A stretch of DNA of 64,000 bases. It comes from Planctomycetota bacterium. GTDB lineage: Bacteria; Planctomycetota; UBA1135. The position numbers were made by a program, and so were the translations under genes. Below are positions 60,593 to 64,000 of this stretch, one piece after another. The DNA is taken from NCBI GenBank assembly GCA_045047305.1, contig JASFYO010000016.1, positions 1 to 64,000 on the forward strand. The letters are read 5' to 3'. Numbering within the stretch: the first letter of the stretch is position 1; each line of letters opens with the position of its first letter. Under the pieces are notes generated by a model. It made no database searches, was not told the DNA's origin, and saw nothing but the letters and a program-made list of their open reading frames with translations.

Positions 60593-61846
60593 CTAGTTGC
60601 CGAGTTGGCGGCGGATGCGATCATCAAGATCGGCTTGGTCCTTGGAGAATGCGTAAAGTCCGGCCAAGGTAAACAGGCCGTCGAGTCCGGCTTTTCCTTG
60701 CGCGATGTCCGCAAGCCAAGTGTTGCGCTTTGGAGCTTTGCCCTCAGCGATGAGGGTTGCGGTTTGCTCTTCGCTTAAGCGTGGGAAGACGCCTCCGACT
60801 CCACCATCGTGCAATGCATTTTCAATGCCTTCAGCAGACAACTCGGTTGCAGGAATCTCAGCCAGCTTGTCGCACACCGCGCGGAACTCAGTGGAAACAT
60901 TCCACAAGTCTTCCAGCCCTTCAATGCGGGTTGCGATTTCCTCATTCCAGTTCGGGCGATAATCTTCATCGGTGCGATCAGAAATACTGGATGGCGCCGC
61001 ATCTAGGTAGGCTTGCGCAACGGCAACAGGCATGGTGTAAACATCTAAGCCAGCTAAAGTTTCCACTTGCTCACCCCCGCGCATGCTTGCGGCAATCTGG
61101 CGCGTTGGAACCCCAAGGCGATCGCGCAACTCACGCACTGCAGCTTGCGATGCCATGGTAGTGCGCTCGCCAACCCATCGTCCGTCGCATAGTCCTTCCC
61201 CAGAGGCGTAAGCATTGAGCCGTCCGAGGAAAACGTTGACCCAGTGCGGTCGCGCAACACATGCGATGAGATAGTTTTCTCGTGCGCTGAAGCCAAGCGT
61301 GAAGTTCACTGGAATACCATCTTCCTCCAGCAGCCGTGCGGAAACCAGGCCCGACGGAGTGAGTGGCACCTTCACAATGAACTGGTCGCAGAGTGCGGCG
61401 TAGCGCCGGCCATAGGCAACCGAACGCTCGACGTCGTGGGCGAGGTCGGTGTGAAGTTCTACCGAAACGCGAGTGCCGAAGCGTTGCACTAAGCGTAAGC
61501 CGTGTCGCGCGTTGAGGGCGAAGGCGATTTCCAGGACCAAATCATCCTCAGAGAGTGCAGGGTTGTCGGCCTTGGCGGCAGCAGCAGCCACCGGAATCCA
61601 GGAGTCATAAATGCCCTTCTGGATTTCCCTGTTGAGCAAGGTGTTGTTGGTGGTCAGTGCCTGGAAGTCGGGGTTCCACAGCGCTGCGGCCTGCTCCATG
61701 TCGCCAGTGTCCAGCCAAAGGTCGGTGCCGGTGGCGGAAACTTGTTGCCACAGTGGATTAGTTTCGCCTTGCAGCGGGGTTTCCTGCACACCATCGAGGA
61801 TGACGCGTGCGAGTTCTGTGGGGGCAACGGGAGGGGCTTGGCTCAT
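60593..61846 (-). CDS. Transaldolase family protein
   Basis: Motifs LWLDTGD, LTTNN, VSVE, FIVKVP (Schiff-base Lys), VNFTLGFS, IAASMR. Start reset to ATG 61846. Confidence 0.85.
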   Translation of the reverse strand: MSQAPPVAPTELARVILDGVQETPLQGETNPLWQQVSATGTDLWLDTGDMEQAAALWNPDFQALTTNNTLLNREIQKGIYDSWIPVAAAAAKADNPALSEDDLVLEIAFALNARHGLRLVQRFGTRVSVELHTDLAHDVERSVAYGRRYAALCDQFIVKVPLTPSGLVSARLLEEDGIPVNFTLGFSARENYLIACVARPHWVNVFLGRLNAYASGEGLCDGRWVGERTTMASQAAVRELRDRLGVPTRQIAASMRGGEQVETLAGLDVYTMPVAVAQAYLDAAPSSISDRTDEDYRPNWNEEIATRIEGLEDLWNVSTEFRAVCDKLAEIPATELSAEGIENALHDGGVGGVFPRLSEEQTATLIAEGKAPKRNTWLADIAQGKAGLDGLFTLAGLYAFSKDQADLDDRIRRQLGN

Positions 61847-61891
61847 GGGAGCACCAGGATACGATTTGCTTGCGGAATCGACCGCCCTCCC

Positions 61892-63016
61892 ATGAACATT
61901 CCTTCGCTGCCTTACGCATCCATGCGCGCTTACCCCGAGTTGCGTTGGATTGACCTTCGCAGCCCCGCCGAGTTTGAGAGAGACCATGTGCCGGGAGCCA
62001 TCAATGTCCCTCTTTTTGATGATGAGCAGAGAGCGGCCGTCGGCACTCTCTATCACCAGGATTCAAAGGAGTCGGCTTATGAGCAAGGGCTCGCTTTTGC
62101 CAAGTCGGCAATGCCCAGTCTTTTAGGCAAGCTATTGGGGCGAGAGATTGAGGCCAAGGAGTGGAAACCATGCTTCGAGCAGCTTGGCGAGCATTTGAGT
62201 GCAGGACAAGAAAGTGTGGAGCTGACTTCGCAGATGCCTGCGGCCAAGCCAACAGTTGCGCTGTATTGTTGGCGTGGCGGTATGCGTTCGCGTTCGGTGG
62301 CCGCATTGGTGCAGGCGCTTGGCGAAACTGTTTTGCTCCTGGAGGGTGGATATAAAAATTACCGAGGTTGGGTGCTGGCGCAAACCGAGCAATTGAGCCT
62401 CCCTCCGCTTGTGGTTTTACGTGGGCCTACCGGGGTAGGGAAAACCGAGATACTCACGCGGCTTGAGAACCAGTTGCCTGGGTCCACGTTGTGCCTGGAA
62501 AGCCTGGCCGAGCACCGGTCTTCTATTTTGGGGGCGGTAGGCAAGCATCCGGTCAGCCAACCAGCCTTTGACTCTCGGTTGCTACAACGCATCGCGGAAA
62601 TGGGGCCAGGGCCCTGGTTTGTTGAGGGAGAGAGTCGCAAAGTGGGCGATGTCATTTTGCCGGTTCAGCTTTTTCAGGCCATGGATTGCGGCCATCACTG
62701 GCGCTTGGAGGCTCAAACTGAGACCCGCGTGCGCAATTTGATGGACGATTATCTTGCCGATGCCGGCGCGGTCGATGCGATTCGCAAGCAACTACCTATG
62801 TTAGAGCGCAGAATCGGGCAAAAGTGGGTGGGGCAGTTGGATCAGTGGATGCTCGAAGGGAAGGCCGCTGAGGTCACTGAGGTGCTGCTCGAGCGCTACT
62901 ACGACCCTCTTTATGCACACAGCGACGAGCAGCGCACCTGGTCCGGCCACTTTGAAGTGGAGTCCCTCGATTTGATTAAGGATTTGCTGCGGGAACGCGC
63001 TCGCATTTCCGGCTAG
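61892..63016 (+). CDS. selU: tRNA 2-selenouridine synthase
   Basis: Rhodanese IDLRSPAEF, YCWRGGMRS, P-loop GPTGVGKT, EGESRKVG, YYDPLY. Start reset to ATG 61892. Confidence 0.93.
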   Translation: MNIPSLPYASMRAYPELRWIDLRSPAEFERDHVPGAINVPLFDDEQRAAVGTLYHQDSKESAYEQGLAFAKSAMPSLLGKLLGREIEAKEWKPCFEQLGEHLSAGQESVELTSQMPAAKPTVALYCWRGGMRSRSVAALVQALGETVLLLEGGYKNYRGWVLAQTEQLSLPPLVVLRGPTGVGKTEILTRLENQLPGSTLCLESLAEHRSSILGAVGKHPVSQPAFDSRLLQRIAEMGPGPWFVEGESRKVGDVILPVQLFQAMDCGHHWRLEAQTETRVRNLMDDYLADAGAVDAIRKQLPMLERRIGQKWVGQLDQWMLEGKAAEVTEVLLERYYDPLYAHSDEQRTWSGHFEVESLDLIKDLLRERARISG

Positions 63017-63095
63017 TGCAGAAGATTTGGGTACAATAGTTTCGCAGCCACCCGCTGCCGAACCCTTTCGCGACGGTCCTCAAGCTACTGCATCC

Positions 63096-64000
63096 ATGTG
63101 CGGATTCCTTGGTCTCGCCGGTTTACCCGGCCAAGATGTTTCTTCCGAACTCTACGAAGGCTTAATTGCCCTTCAACATCGTGGGCAAGATGCTGCTGGC
63201 ATTCTTTCCTTCGATGGGATGTTCCACCTGCGTAAACAAAACGGCATGGTCCGCGACATTTTCCGTTCGCGCGACATGCAGCGTTTGCGTGGAAACTTAG
63301 CCATCGGCCATGTGCGCTACCCCACTGTGGGTGTCGGCGCCGAGGAAGACGCGCAGCCGTTCTACATGAACTTTCCGTTTGGAATTGGCATGGCGCATAA
63401 CGGTAACCTGACTAACTGGGTCGACCTCAAGTCGAATCAGTTCCCTCAGGACAACATTCCGCTGGAAAGCTCCTGCGATGTGGAAGCCATCCTTTACGCA
63501 TTTGCTCAGGGACTGCAGCGCACAGTAAGTAGCGAACCGCTAGCGCAACGCATTGGCGAGGCCGTGGCGGCGGCATTCAACCGCGCAAAGGGCGCTTATT
63601 CTGTTTGCGGAATCCTTTCTGAGGGCGTAATGTTTGGGTTTCGCGACCCGTCTGGCATTAAGCCATGCATTCTGGGTAAGCGCGTGGAAGAGGCTGGAAC
63701 CTCGTGGGCGCTAGCTTCTGAATCGGTGGCCTTTGATGTCCTCGGCTACGAGCGCGTGCGTGACTTGAAAAACGGAGAGGCTGTCATCATTCAGCCTGGA
63801 AAGGAGCCAATCTTCCTCCAAATCGCGGAAAATTTGCACACTCCATGCATTTTCGAATTGGTGTATTTTGCGCGTCCCGATTCTTTTCTGGACAAGGTCA
63901 GCGTTTACAAAACCCGCCGCCGCTTCGGAGAAGCACTTGCCGAACAGTGGGAGGTCAGTGGCGCGCCGAAGGCGGATGTGGTGATTCCGATTCCGGATTC
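63096..64000 (+). CDS. purF: Amidophosphoribosyltransferase (partial, runs off the window)
   Basis: Not in the ORF track. Manual translation gives MCGFLG...LQHRGQDAAG...GHVRYPT...AHNGNLTN...CIFELVYFARPDS. Confidence 0.95.
   Translation, partial: MCGFLGLAGLPGQDVSSELYEGLIALQHRGQDAAGILSFDGMFHLRKQNGMVRDIFRSRDMQRLRGNLAIGHVRYPTVGVGAEEDAQPFYMNFPFGIGMAHNGNLTNWVDLKSNQFPQDNIPLESSCDVEAILYAFAQGLQRTVSSEPLAQRIGEAVAAAFNRAKGAYSVCGILSEGVMFGFRDPSGIKPCILGKRVEEAGTSWALASESVAFDVLGYERVRDLKNGEAVIIQPGKEPIFLQIAENLHTPCIFELVYFARPDSFLDKVSVYKTRRRFGEALAEQWEVSGAPKADVVIPIPD

Noticed and set aside
61502..62056. Apparent long head-to-head overlap of transaldolase and selU
   Set aside because: This is an artefact of longest-ORF calling; ATG 61846 (-) and ATG 61892 (+) remove the overlap.

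Overview
This 64 kb window is mostly core chromosome and contains the replication origin region of a diderm bacterium. Planctomycetota/PVC is inferred from gene content and protein style and is not proven. Origin and segregation elements are dnaA-oriC-dnaN-dciA-gyrB, a separated parA and parB, and a perfect parS inside parB. Housekeeping genes include purH, a frameshifted prfB, rpiA, feoAB with a Fur-like box, pyrF, hemW, rnhC, moaB, a kdsD-kdsC-Lpt-Tat operon, scpA, trxA, fmt, rsmB, a leuA-like synthase, mgtE, lepB, ftcD, transaldolase, selU and a partial purF. I found no rRNA, tRNA or CRISPR array. The strongest lead is a candidate Ralstonia Phc-type (fatty-acid methyl ester) signalling locus at 53.5-58.2 kb: a PhcB-like synthase, a fused PhcS-PhcR-like double kinase and a lone receiver. 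Other leads are a stand-alone AprA-MT1-like methyltransferase with apparent His-His-Gln iron ligands, an IS3-like end that truncates an mscS (ybdG) gene, and probable non-canonical ATC and CTG start codons. A recurrent TAA-N19-TTA spaced palindrome around dnaA, an HPr-fusion protein upstream of parB and a degenerate BshC-like protein also deserve follow-up. Family assignments come from recognising motifs by eye; no searches were run.
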